NCBI GenBank assembly: GCA_937949615.1
Contig: CALEDQ010000008.1
Span: 700,618 to 764,617 of the forward strand
Direction: 5' to 3'
Origin: an uncultured bacterium
GTDB taxonomy: Bacteria > Muiribacteriota > Ozemobacteria > Ozemobacterales > Ozemobacteraceae
Length of the DNA: 64,000 nt
A program made the position numbers and the translations under genes. Of this stretch, positions 45,843 through 54,280 are shown piece by piece (positions within the stretch are counted from its first letter, which is position 1; every line of letters begins with the position of its first letter). The notes beneath the pieces are model-generated. The model was not told where the DNA came from. It was given only the letters and a program-made list of their open reading frames with translations, and did not search any database.

Positions 45843-46031
45843 TTATTCTTTTTCGACTTCGAGAACCTTAACTTTTTTGCCGTAATAACCACAGGCCGGG
45901 CATACTCTGTGCGGCTGCTTCAGTTCAAAGCACTGTGCGCATTTTGCCAGAGCAACAGGAGCTGCTTTGTAGTGAGTTCTGCGTTTGCGGCCTCTGAGTT
46001 TTGAAACTCTATTTTTTGGACATGCACCCAT
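45843..46031 (-). CDS. rpmF: 50S ribosomal protein L32
   Basis: MGACPKNRVSKLRGRKRRTHYK...CAQCFELKQPHRVCPACGYY (Zn-ribbon form). ATG at 46031 is preceded by GGAGGA. The longer ORF-track start covers the promoter. Confidence 0.85.
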   Translation of the reverse strand: MGACPKNRVSKLRGRKRRTHYKAAPVALAKCAQCFELKQPHRVCPACGYYGKKVKVLEVEKE

Positions 46032-46065
46032 TTTGACTTCCTCCGGGATTGAAATAAGTTTGGTG

Positions 46066-46094
46066 AGTATAGCAGATAATATAATGAGAGTCAA
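46066..46094 (-). promoter_or_regulatory. Sigma70 promoter for rpmF-plsX-fab
   Basis: Minus strand TTGACT, 17 nt, TATACT. It lies 35 nt upstream of the rpmF ATG. Confidence 0.5.
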
Positions 46095-46143
46095 TCACAA
46101 TAAGCAAAAGCGTTTACGGGTGTACACCGGACCGCGGAAAGGC

Positions 46144-46878
46144 TTAAAGAGGTTTTTCTACTGCAAGACCACATTTACGCGGGTAACGCTCAGACACAGC
46201 GCAGGTTTTGCGAAGAATCAGAAAATTTCTTTCAAACGGTAACTCGGGTGGAGCAAGCCGCAAAATTTCAACATTCTCGACGGCAACAGAAAAAACTGCA
46301 AAGGCATTAACCGATTCTGAAAGCTCCTCGTCAAGCTTCGGACCTTTATAATACAGCGCATAGCCGCCAGTACGGGTCAGAGGCATGGTATATTCAACCA
46401 GAGTTCTGACTGCCGATAATGCCCGGCAGACAACCAGATCGGCCTGCTCTCTGAACTTGGCATCGCGGCCGATCTCTTCTATGCGGGCGTGATGAGTCTC
46501 TATATTGGTAAGACCGGCAGCGGCAGCCATTCTTGCCACAAACTCAACAGACTTCTGCCTGGAGTCGATCGCGACGATCCTGCTGTGCGGCAAAGCCACC
46601 GCCAGCGGTAACGACGGAAACCCGCCACCCGTACCAAGATCAACAATTTTCGCCGATTTCCAGAGTGGAAGATTGAAGCAGACAGGCGCCAGACTGTCGA
46701 GAAAGTGCTTCATTGCCATTTCATGCGGGTCAAATATTTTCGAAACACTTTTATACATAGGGTCGGATAGCATGGCCGATGCAAGCCTGTCGAGCTGCCC
46801 ATACTGCTCTTCAGACAGCCTGATCTTGAGTTTTTCGAGACAGGGAAAAAGAAATTCTCTGATTCTTACCTCATTCAT
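46144..46878 (-). CDS. rsmG: 16S rRNA (guanine527-N7)-methyltransferase
   Basis: SAM motif IVDLGTGGGFPSLPLA. 8-nt overlap with mnmG upstream. Confidence 0.85.
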   Translation of the reverse strand: MNEVRIREFLFPCLEKLKIRLSEEQYGQLDRLASAMLSDPMYKSVSKIFDPHEMAMKHFLDSLAPVCFNLPLWKSAKIVDLGTGGGFPSLPLAVALPHSRIVAIDSRQKSVEFVARMAAAAGLTNIETHHARIEEIGRDAKFREQADLVVCRALSAVRTLVEYTMPLTRTGGYALYYKGPKLDEELSESVNAFAVFSVAVENVEILRLAPPELPFERNFLILRKTCAVSERYPRKCGLAVEKPL

Positions 46879-48760
46879 TGCTTCTACCCCTATTTGTCTG
46901 TCGTTTACGAAGATTCATCAGAATAACTGCCAGATCTGATGCTCTGACCCCGGGAATTCTCGCAAGCGCCCCAACCGTAGCCGGCCTTACCGCCAGAATT
47001 TTCATTCTGGCTTCGCGGCTGACAGCCGCAGGTATAGCCGCAAAGAACTCTTCATCGAGCTCTTCTGCCTGCATGCTTTCACGCAGCGAAAATTCACGTT
47101 CCTGCTGTTCAATATAACCAGAATACTTAATTCGCGCCTCAATCTCCAGAACACCGAGATGATCGAGACCGGAAATTTCCGGGATATAACGGGAAAATCT
47201 GGCCGGAGAAGCATCTGGTCGTCGCAGGAGCTGAGCAAGAGAAACGCTTGAAGCCGGCATTGGGTCTGCGAATTCCGGTAATTGCTCTTTTAACTGAGCT
47301 GGCGTCAAACGAGTTTCTTCTAATCGTTTCTGAATGTCGGCAAGCAGACCATGTCGGGCATTAATACCATTCATCTTGTCAGATGCAAGGGAGCCAAAGT
47401 CGAAAGCTTTTTGCGAAAGCCTCTCTTCGGCGTTGGTCATGCGCAGATTCAGCCTGAAAGGCGAACGTGAAGTAAAAACCCTGTATGGCTCACGAATCCC
47501 GAGGGTGGTAATCTCTTCGACCATAAGCCCGAGATAAGACTGATCGGCATCGAGCACCAGTGGTGTGCGGCCAAGAACGGCGGCAGCCGCGTTGATACCG
47601 GCAAGAATGCCCTGTGCAGCTGCCTCTTCATAGCCAGAGGTGCCATTTATCTGGCCGGCCAGAAAAAGATTCGGAATAGACCTCGACATAAGCGTCGGGT
47701 GCAGGTCAATCGGATCGACGATGTCATACTCGATGCCGTAGCCCGGGCGGGTAATACGCGCGTTTTCGAGCCCCGGCAGAGTTGCAACGTAAGCTTCCTG
47801 AACATCTTCAGGCAGGCTGGTCGAAAGTCCCTGCAGATAAATCTCGTTACTGAACGCCCCTTCGGGTTCAAGAAAAACCTTGTGGGTCTCCTTGTCAGGA
47901 AATTTATTGAGCTTATCTTCGATCGATGGACAATAGCGGGCACCGGTACCGGTTATCAGGCCGGCGATCAAAGCCGAACGCCCGAAGTTTTCTTTGATAA
48001 CCCGGTGCGTTTCTTCTGTAGTGCGGGTAATAAAACACGCCCGACTGGGAAACCGCCTCTCAGCTTTTGACCATAATGAAAATGGCGGAGTTTCCGGGTC
48101 TTCTTCCTGCATTTCGAGACCGGCAAAATTAATCGTGGCAATATCAACCCTCGGTGGGGTACCTGTTTTAAAACGCATAACCGGCAGCCCGATACGCTCA
48201 AGGGCAGCCCCCAGATCGTTGGCAGCCGGCTCCCCTGCCCTGCCGGCAGAAAAACTGACATCACCGATATGGATTTTTCCGCGCAGAAAGGTGCCGGTTG
48301 TAAGAATTACCGCCGGGGCAGACCAGATCTGACCAGAAATTGCCCTGACACCCGCAAGCCTGCCATTTTCAAAATGCAGATCAGAAACCATCGCCTGCAG
48401 AAGCTTTAAATTTGGCTGCAGCATCAGCGACTGCAACATGCGCCGACTGTAAGCCTCTTTATCGGACTGAAAACGATTGGCCTGCACGGCAATCCCTTTT
48501 CGGGTGTTCAGACGCCGTCTCTGAATACTGGTTTCATCGGCGACAATGCCCATTTCTCCGCCGAGAGCATCGACTTCGCGAACCAGCTGGCCTTTACCCT
48601 GGCCACCAATAGACGGGTTACATGGAAGAGCGGCAACCGTGTCGAGATTTATCGTTAAAAGCAGAGTCTGCAGCCCAACACGGGCCGCGGCCAGGGCGGC
48701 TTCACAACCGGCGTGACCGGCGCCAACGACAATAACCTGAAATTCGTTTTTTGCTTTCAC
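46871..48760 (-). CDS. mnmG: tRNA uridine 5-carboxymethylaminomethyl modification enzyme MnmG (copy A)
   Basis: VVGAGHAGCEAALAAAR, PCNPSIGG, GRAGEP, RFKTGTPPRV, RYCPSIEDK and the canonical C-terminal ..VRPATVGALARIPGVRASDLAVIL. Confidence 0.9.
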   Translation of the reverse strand: MKAKNEFQVIVVGAGHAGCEAALAAARVGLQTLLLTINLDTVAALPCNPSIGGQGKGQLVREVDALGGEMGIVADETSIQRRRLNTRKGIAVQANRFQSDKEAYSRRMLQSLMLQPNLKLLQAMVSDLHFENGRLAGVRAISGQIWSAPAVILTTGTFLRGKIHIGDVSFSAGRAGEPAANDLGAALERIGLPVMRFKTGTPPRVDIATINFAGLEMQEEDPETPPFSLWSKAERRFPSRACFITRTTEETHRVIKENFGRSALIAGLITGTGARYCPSIEDKLNKFPDKETHKVFLEPEGAFSNEIYLQGLSTSLPEDVQEAYVATLPGLENARITRPGYGIEYDIVDPIDLHPTLMSRSIPNLFLAGQINGTSGYEEAAAQGILAGINAAAAVLGRTPLVLDADQSYLGLMVEEITTLGIREPYRVFTSRSPFRLNLRMTNAEERLSQKAFDFGSLASDKMNGINARHGLLADIQKRLEETRLTPAQLKEQLPEFADPMPASSVSLAQLLRRPDASPARFSRYIPEISGLDHLGVLEIEARIKYSGYIEQQEREFSLRESMQAEELDEEFFAAIPAAVSREARMKILAVRPATVGALARIPGVRASDLAVILMNLRKRQTNRGRSNE

Positions 48761-50997
48761 TTTTGCAATTGCAGCGCTTTTTCAGCCAGAGACCTGACCG
48801 TTTCATTCGGGTCGGTGGTCAGGCGCTGAAGAAGCTGGAGTGCGTCTGGAGTTTTTTTGCGTGATAACAGCTTGACTGCAGCAATTCTGCAGCTTTCGTC
48901 AGCCAGCTCGGCTGCCTTGTTGATAAGAATCGTCTGGTCATCGCCCATCACGAATGCGAGATCTCTGGCACCCGCTCTTTGATCGTCGATGCTGGCAGAG
49001 CAGAGCTTTGCGTAAATCTCCGCAGACCTTGGCTTGGCAAAAGCCGGCATGCCGGGAATACTGGCCTGAGGAGGAGAAGATACCGGCCTTGCCGGAACAG
49101 ACGGTTTCTGAATACCCGCAGACGGCGTACTGGCAGACGGCAGTCGGCGATCAGGAATGTTCAAAGGTTTCGACTGCATGGCTGAAGATGACGGAGCCGT
49201 CGAAACAGCTGGAACAACCGGGGGTAGAGAAGTTGCAGGTCTGGCAGAGGCAATCGGAGCAACCGGCTGTCTCGGCGCAACCGGCACAGTTACTTGAGAC
49301 GGCGCGTCTTCTACTGGTGGCAAAGATGGCTCGACCGGCGCCAGATCTGGAATCTTCAGACTGCCTGCAGAAGGCAGAGAAGGCTCTGGGGCGGCAGGCG
49401 AAATTTCGGGCAGTACCGGTTCAGGCGCAGATGGGGCTGATGGCCGGGTCGGCTCAACCGGCGAAGAGACTTGCACCGGCGCCACCGGTCGTGGTTGAAC
49501 GGCAGCCGGAGGCGGCTGAACCGGTCTTGGCGGCGCTGCCTGGGGGAATGGTGCGGCCGGTTTCATCTCTTCGCGCATAGGCGTATCTTTGATTTTTTCG
49601 AAAAGCGAAGCCGCAACCTGAGCAACGACCGGGTCAGGATCACCGCAGGCGGCTTTAAGCACCTGACGTGAAGTGTTGTTGTTAATTCTGGCCAGAGCTT
49701 TGAGAACGCTGAGCCTGATACCCTGGTTCGGATCTTTGAGAGCAGCCTTGAGCAGGGTTAAAGATGGCTGATCACCGATTTCTCCGAGGGCAAAAATAAC
49801 ACTGTCGCGCAGCCATACTTCTTGAGATACCAGCATCGAACGAAGGGTGAGAAATGCCTGCTGAAAACCGTTTTTAACAAGATATTTGGCGGCATTGACC
49901 TTAACGCGGTTTTCAGGGTCTTCGAGCAATTGAACGATGTTCTGCTCGCATCCCCTTATGTTCTGTTCCTCGATGACTTCGACGGTATTGGCCCTGACTC
50001 TTGGGTCTTCATCCTGCAGGCAGCGAATCAGAGTTTCAAGGCCGCCTTCGCGGCTGCTTCTGGCAAAAACCTTTACCAGCCCAGACTTAACGATAACATC
50101 CTTTTCTTTGAGCAGAATGCTTTCGAGCATTGCCGGATTGAGTTCGACATCGGGTTCCATGATAATTTTCAACATGAGAAAGCGCCGCTGTGAAGAAAAC
50201 TGCTCGTCTGCGAGCATGAACGGGATCTGTGGCGGAACCCGGCGGTCTTTCAAATTAAACAGCGTCTGCAGAGCCGTCAACGCCACCTCTTCGAGCATGC
50301 TGCGCGCCAGCTGCAGAAGCTGAGTTACATGCCCCGAAGGCTTTTTGACTCCGAGAGTCTTGATATGCTGCAGAAGAGTCGAGATATCGGTGATTTTCTT
50401 AAGATCCGGCAGAGATGGATCGACCGGGTCGTCAAGTTCTGGGGGAGCTGCGGGCACAACGTTCGAGGCTACCGAAGGCTGGGCAGAACCATGAGAAAAG
50501 CTGCCAGATACTGCTGCAGGTGAAGGGGTCGCCGGCAATGGCTGAGAAGGGCGTGGCAAGGTGGCTGGCGATGCACTGGCAGGCATGCTTGGTTGAAAGG
50601 ACCTGGCAGCAGGCGGCAAAGTCTGAGACTGGCCAGGCAGAGGGCCGACCGACGGTTTTACCGGCAAAACCGGAGCCGCCGGCGGATTAACGGCAGGCTG
50701 CTCATCTGGCGGTGCTACCGGTGCTGGCGGTGCTACTGGCGCCGACGGTGCCACAAAAGCAGGCTCTGGAATCTGCAACTTTGCTTCACCATCGCCACTC
50801 AGCTTTGCCAATGCCGCCTGGGCAGCATTGCGAACGCTCTCGTCAGAATCGCCGAGAACCTTCTGAATACAGGCAATTTTTTCGTTGACAGGCATGGCAG
50901 GCAGATTAACCAGTTGTTCAATGGACATGCATCGAACCTCAGCAGAAATTGAGCGGAGATTCTGAATAATCAATTCCTGACGTTTCTTGTTAATCAT
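48757..50997 (-). CDS. HEAT-repeat protein with two long proline-rich linkers
   Basis: HEAT/PBS-lyase-like units (DSDESVRNAAQAAL, DEDPRVRANTVEVI, DPENRVKVNAAKYL, DPNQGIRLSVLKAL, DPDPVVAQVAASL, DPNETVRSLAEKAL). They are separated by P/A/S/V-rich stretches (APVAPPAPVAPP..). ATGA overlaps at both ends with the mnmG copies. Confidence 0.75.
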   Translation of the reverse strand: MINKKRQELIIQNLRSISAEVRCMSIEQLVNLPAMPVNEKIACIQKVLGDSDESVRNAAQAALAKLSGDGEAKLQIPEPAFVAPSAPVAPPAPVAPPDEQPAVNPPAAPVLPVKPSVGPLPGQSQTLPPAARSFQPSMPASASPATLPRPSQPLPATPSPAAVSGSFSHGSAQPSVASNVVPAAPPELDDPVDPSLPDLKKITDISTLLQHIKTLGVKKPSGHVTQLLQLARSMLEEVALTALQTLFNLKDRRVPPQIPFMLADEQFSSQRRFLMLKIIMEPDVELNPAMLESILLKEKDVIVKSGLVKVFARSSREGGLETLIRCLQDEDPRVRANTVEVIEEQNIRGCEQNIVQLLEDPENRVKVNAAKYLVKNGFQQAFLTLRSMLVSQEVWLRDSVIFALGEIGDQPSLTLLKAALKDPNQGIRLSVLKALARINNNTSRQVLKAACGDPDPVVAQVAASLFEKIKDTPMREEMKPAAPFPQAAPPRPVQPPPAAVQPRPVAPVQVSSPVEPTRPSAPSAPEPVLPEISPAAPEPSLPSAGSLKIPDLAPVEPSLPPVEDAPSQVTVPVAPRQPVAPIASARPATSLPPVVPAVSTAPSSSAMQSKPLNIPDRRLPSASTPSAGIQKPSVPARPVSSPPQASIPGMPAFAKPRSAEIYAKLCSASIDDQRAGARDLAFVMGDDQTILINKAAELADESCRIAAVKLLSRKKTPDALQLLQRLTTDPNETVRSLAEKALQLQK

Positions 50998-52901
50998 CTG
51001 GTTTCCTCATGCCTTTCTTGTCTATCGCCATCTTCAGAAAGAACCGATAAAAGAATAGCAATTTCCGACCGCGTAAGGCAATGTTTTCTTACCATCTGAC
51101 TCAGATCGTCGAATCTGGAAGAACCAAGAATCTGCCTGGCCTGGTCTGATAACGCATGTAGTCGATGATCAGAGGTTTCCAGCGGCAGCCTGACTTTTTC
51201 AAGAAAACTTGTCTGAACAATCTTTTCTGCTTCGCGATCTGCATAACCCCGATATTTTATCTCGGTTTCGAGCGCATAAACTTCATCGACCGCAGTCAAC
51301 CTTGAATTTTCTGGCTGCTGCAGAAGATCCATTACATTGTTATAGGTGACCCCCGGGCGCTGCAGAAGTTCTGCTCCCGAAGCAGGTTTTTTAAGATCGC
51401 CGGTTGCCAGTCTGGCAAGTCGTTCACGCGCCTCGCCACTAGGCAGAAGACTCAGAGCCGAAAGCCGGGTGATTTCCCCTTCGATTCGAGCCGACCATTC
51501 AAAAATCGTAGAAAACCGTTTCTGATCGACAAGCCCAATACGAAAGCCATCGGCTGCCAGACGCCGTTCTGCGGAATCATCGCGCAAGGTCAGCCTGAAT
51601 TCTGCATGGCCCGGTGTAATACGGTATGGCTCAGGTTTTTCCCAGGTTGAGAGGTCGTCGACAAGCACTCCCAGATAACTGCGTGTTCTGGATGGCCAGT
51701 AGGGGGCCTGTTTTCTCAGGGCAAGAACTGCGTTAATACCCGCAATAAGGCCCTGGCCGGCAGCTTCTTCATAGCCAGAAGTACCATTGAGCTGCCCGGC
51801 GGTATAAAGCCCCTCGATGACTCGGCTTTCCATGGTTTTTCTGATCTGGCCGGGTGCCAGTGCATCGTATTCGATTGCATAGCCATATCTGAGAATCACG
51901 GCATTTTCAAGGCCGGCAACGCTGCCAACGATATCCTGTTGAGCTGCAGGCGGCATTCCGGTGGTAAGCCCCTGCAGGTAAAGTTCCTGCGATTCCCAGC
52001 CTTCGGGCTCAACAAAAACCTGGTGCTTCACCATATCAGGAAATTTGATGATTTTGCGATCGATTGAAGGACAATGTTTCGGGCCATCATCGGTTATGTT
52101 CTCAAGAACAAGGGGACTCTCGCTCAGATTTCTTCTGACAGCCTCAACCGAGCGCTCATCGGTAAAAGTCAGATAACAGGAAATCTGCTTCTCATAGCGC
52201 CTGAGACGGTTTTCCCAGAGAAACCCGCCGGCATCGACGTCACCGGGCAATTCAGTCATAAGATTGAGGTCGACCGAACTTTTAAGAATTCTTGGCGGGG
52301 TAGCAGTCTGCAGGCGGCGAAGCTTGACTCCGGCCGCGGTAAGAGAATCAGACAATCCGACAGCCGGGCTCTGATTCTGAGGTCCCCCAGGCCAGGTTGC
52401 CCGCCCGAGAATAATACGGCTGTTAAGATAAGTACCAGAGGTCAGAATAAGCTTTTCGCAGCCAAACACAAGACCGGTTTCGAGTCTGACACCTTTTACA
52501 CGGCCTGATTCAACAAGCAGACCAGTGACATGCCCCTGCCGAAGAGTCAGATTCGGAGTAGCAAACAACGTCTGCAGCATTCTCTGCCGATAGAGATATT
52601 TGTCTGCCTGAGCCCTTCTTGAACGAACTGCCGGCCCTTTCGAAGTGTTGAGCCATTTCATCTGCACACAGGTTTCATCGATACATCGTGGCATTTCACC
52701 GCCAAGAGCACCGATTTCTCTGACCAGATGACCTTTGCCCGGCCCACCGATACTTGGGTTACAGGGCATCAAAGCAACCGTCGAAATATTCATCGTTATC
52801 AGCAGAGTCTCTGCTCCAAGTCTGGCAGCAGCCAGAGCAGCTTCACAACCGGCATGGCCGGCTCCGATTACGATTACTGCATATTCTTTTTTCTGACTCA
52901 T
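50994..52901 (-). CDS. mnmG: MnmG paralog (copy B, divergent tRNA-binding and C-terminal segments)
   Basis: VIGAGHAGCEAALAAAR, PCNPSIGG, NTSKGPAVRSRRAQADK and KHCPSIDRK are conserved. GRAGEP is replaced by GGPQNQ. The C-terminal helical motif is divergent (RFDDLSQMVRKHCLTRSEIAILL). Confidence 0.85.
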   Translation of the reverse strand: MSQKKEYAVIVIGAGHAGCEAALAAARLGAETLLITMNISTVALMPCNPSIGGPGKGHLVREIGALGGEMPRCIDETCVQMKWLNTSKGPAVRSRRAQADKYLYRQRMLQTLFATPNLTLRQGHVTGLLVESGRVKGVRLETGLVFGCEKLILTSGTYLNSRIILGRATWPGGPQNQSPAVGLSDSLTAAGVKLRRLQTATPPRILKSSVDLNLMTELPGDVDAGGFLWENRLRRYEKQISCYLTFTDERSVEAVRRNLSESPLVLENITDDGPKHCPSIDRKIIKFPDMVKHQVFVEPEGWESQELYLQGLTTGMPPAAQQDIVGSVAGLENAVILRYGYAIEYDALAPGQIRKTMESRVIEGLYTAGQLNGTSGYEEAAGQGLIAGINAVLALRKQAPYWPSRTRSYLGVLVDDLSTWEKPEPYRITPGHAEFRLTLRDDSAERRLAADGFRIGLVDQKRFSTIFEWSARIEGEITRLSALSLLPSGEARERLARLATGDLKKPASGAELLQRPGVTYNNVMDLLQQPENSRLTAVDEVYALETEIKYRGYADREAEKIVQTSFLEKVRLPLETSDHRLHALSDQARQILGSSRFDDLSQMVRKHCLTRSEIAILLSVLSEDGDRQERHEETR

Positions 52902-52903
52902 TG

Positions 52904-54280
52904 TTATTTTCCGATACAGAACCGTTCAAAAATCAGGTCAAGCGTGTTTACGTCGACCGTCTCGCCATTAACCCGCCCAAGCTCCCTGACGGCCTCTTCA
53001 AGGTCGATTGCCAGCATATCCTGGTAAATATTACCAATGCCGCGATCAGCTCTTTCAAGAGCAGTAAGAGCCTTGTCAAGAGCTACTGACTGCTGGGCGC
53101 CAAGCAGTATCATCTCTTCATAGCCAGAAAGACCACTTTCGGCGATAATCTGGGAAATCGCTTTCTGCAACTCAGGGAGCCCCTGCCCTTTCAGGGCTGA
53201 AACGCTCAATTGCCTGAGTCCGGCAAAAATTTCCGGGTTGATCTGCTGCGGCAGATCAGACTTATTGAGAACGGCTATGACAGGCTTTCCTGACTGCCTC
53301 AGACGGTTCAGAACAATCTCGTCTTCTGCTTTCACAGGCTGCGAACCGTCAAAAACGCCAATCAGCGCAAAAGCTTCGTCGGCTGCCTTTGAGGTTCTCT
53401 CGATGCCGATTGCCTCAATACGGTCACCGGGTTGACGCATTCCGGCCGTATCAATTATTTTAACCGGGTATTCTCCGACCATCAGCGTTTCTTCAAGGGT
53501 GTCTCTTGTGGTGCCGGCGATTTCTGTAACAATGGCCCGGTCGCGACCAAGCATATAGTTCATCAGGCTTGATTTGCCAGAATTCGGCCGCCCGAGCAGA
53601 GCAATCTTCAGTCCGTCGGCAACCAGTGCGCCGCTTCTCGCATTTCTGGCAAAAATTTCAAGTTCAGCAAGAATCTTTTTAATTTCACGAGCCAACAGAT
53701 GTTCGTCTATAGCCTCAATCGCGTCTTCAGGAAAATTCAGACTTGCTTCAAGCTGTACCAGATGATGCATAATCCGGTCACGAATTCTTGCGACAAACTG
53801 CGAAGGCAGGCCATCGAGCTGATTCAATGCCAGCCGGGCCTGCGAAGAGGTATTGGCAGAAAGCAGCTGCGAAACAGCCTCAACTTCGAGCAAATCCATT
53901 TTTCCGTTCAGAAAAGCTCTTCTGGTAAACTCACCGGCCTCAGCAGCACGGGCACCATGTTTTAAAAGCAGCTGCAGCACCCGGCTGACTACCAGTGGAT
54001 TACCATGTGTCGAAACTTCCGCCAGGTCTTCGCCTGTGTATGATCTTGGCGCCGGAAATGTCGTGACCAGGCACTTATCTGCTACTAACCCGGTATCAGG
54101 CTCAATCACCGAACCGAAATAAACAGAATAAGGCAGGGGGAAAGCTTTCTTTCCCCCTGTGATAAACAATTTCTTCAGGATTTTGAAGGTATCAGGCCCA
54201 GAAACCCTGATCAGGCTGATCGCCGACCTGCCGGCAGGTGTTGAAACTGCGGCGATCGTGTCAATCTTCGGTTTAGACAT
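52904..54280 (-). CDS. mnmE: tRNA modification GTPase MnmE
   Basis: MSKPKIDTIAAVSTPAGRSAISLIRVSG, G-domain motifs GRPNSGKSSLMN / DTAGMR / NKSDL, and the terminal FCIGK. The ATG at 54280 has GGAGGAAG upstream and overlaps the jag stop (ATGTCTAA). The ORF-track start 54373 is rejected. Confidence 0.9.
   Translation of the reverse strand: MSKPKIDTIAAVSTPAGRSAISLIRVSGPDTFKILKKLFITGGKKAFPLPYSVYFGSVIEPDTGLVADKCLVTTFPAPRSYTGEDLAEVSTHGNPLVVSRVLQLLLKHGARAAEAGEFTRRAFLNGKMDLLEVEAVSQLLSANTSSQARLALNQLDGLPSQFVARIRDRIMHHLVQLEASLNFPEDAIEAIDEHLLAREIKKILAELEIFARNARSGALVADGLKIALLGRPNSGKSSLMNYMLGRDRAIVTEIAGTTRDTLEETLMVGEYPVKIIDTAGMRQPGDRIEAIGIERTSKAADEAFALIGVFDGSQPVKAEDEIVLNRLRQSGKPVIAVLNKSDLPQQINPEIFAGLRQLSVSALKGQGLPELQKAISQIIAESGLSGYEEMILLGAQQSVALDKALTALERADRGIGNIYQDMLAIDLEEAVRELGRVNGETVDVNTLDLIFERFCIGK

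Noticed and set aside
46032-46094. N-terminal 21-codon extension of the L32 ORF (ORF-track start 46094)
   Set aside because: The extension covers a TTGACT-17-TATACT promoter and the GGAGGA SD. L32 homology begins at the internal ATG at 46031.
48954-50700. Repetitive DNA and multiple long alternative-frame ORFs in the HEAT gene, considered as a possible tandem repeat, CRISPR-like array or overlapping genes
   Set aside because: The repetition is short and imperfect, and it corresponds to in-frame proline-rich coding sequence (APVAPP-type). There is no regular repeat-spacer structure. The alternative-frame ORFs are a by-product of GC-rich, stop-poor sequence.
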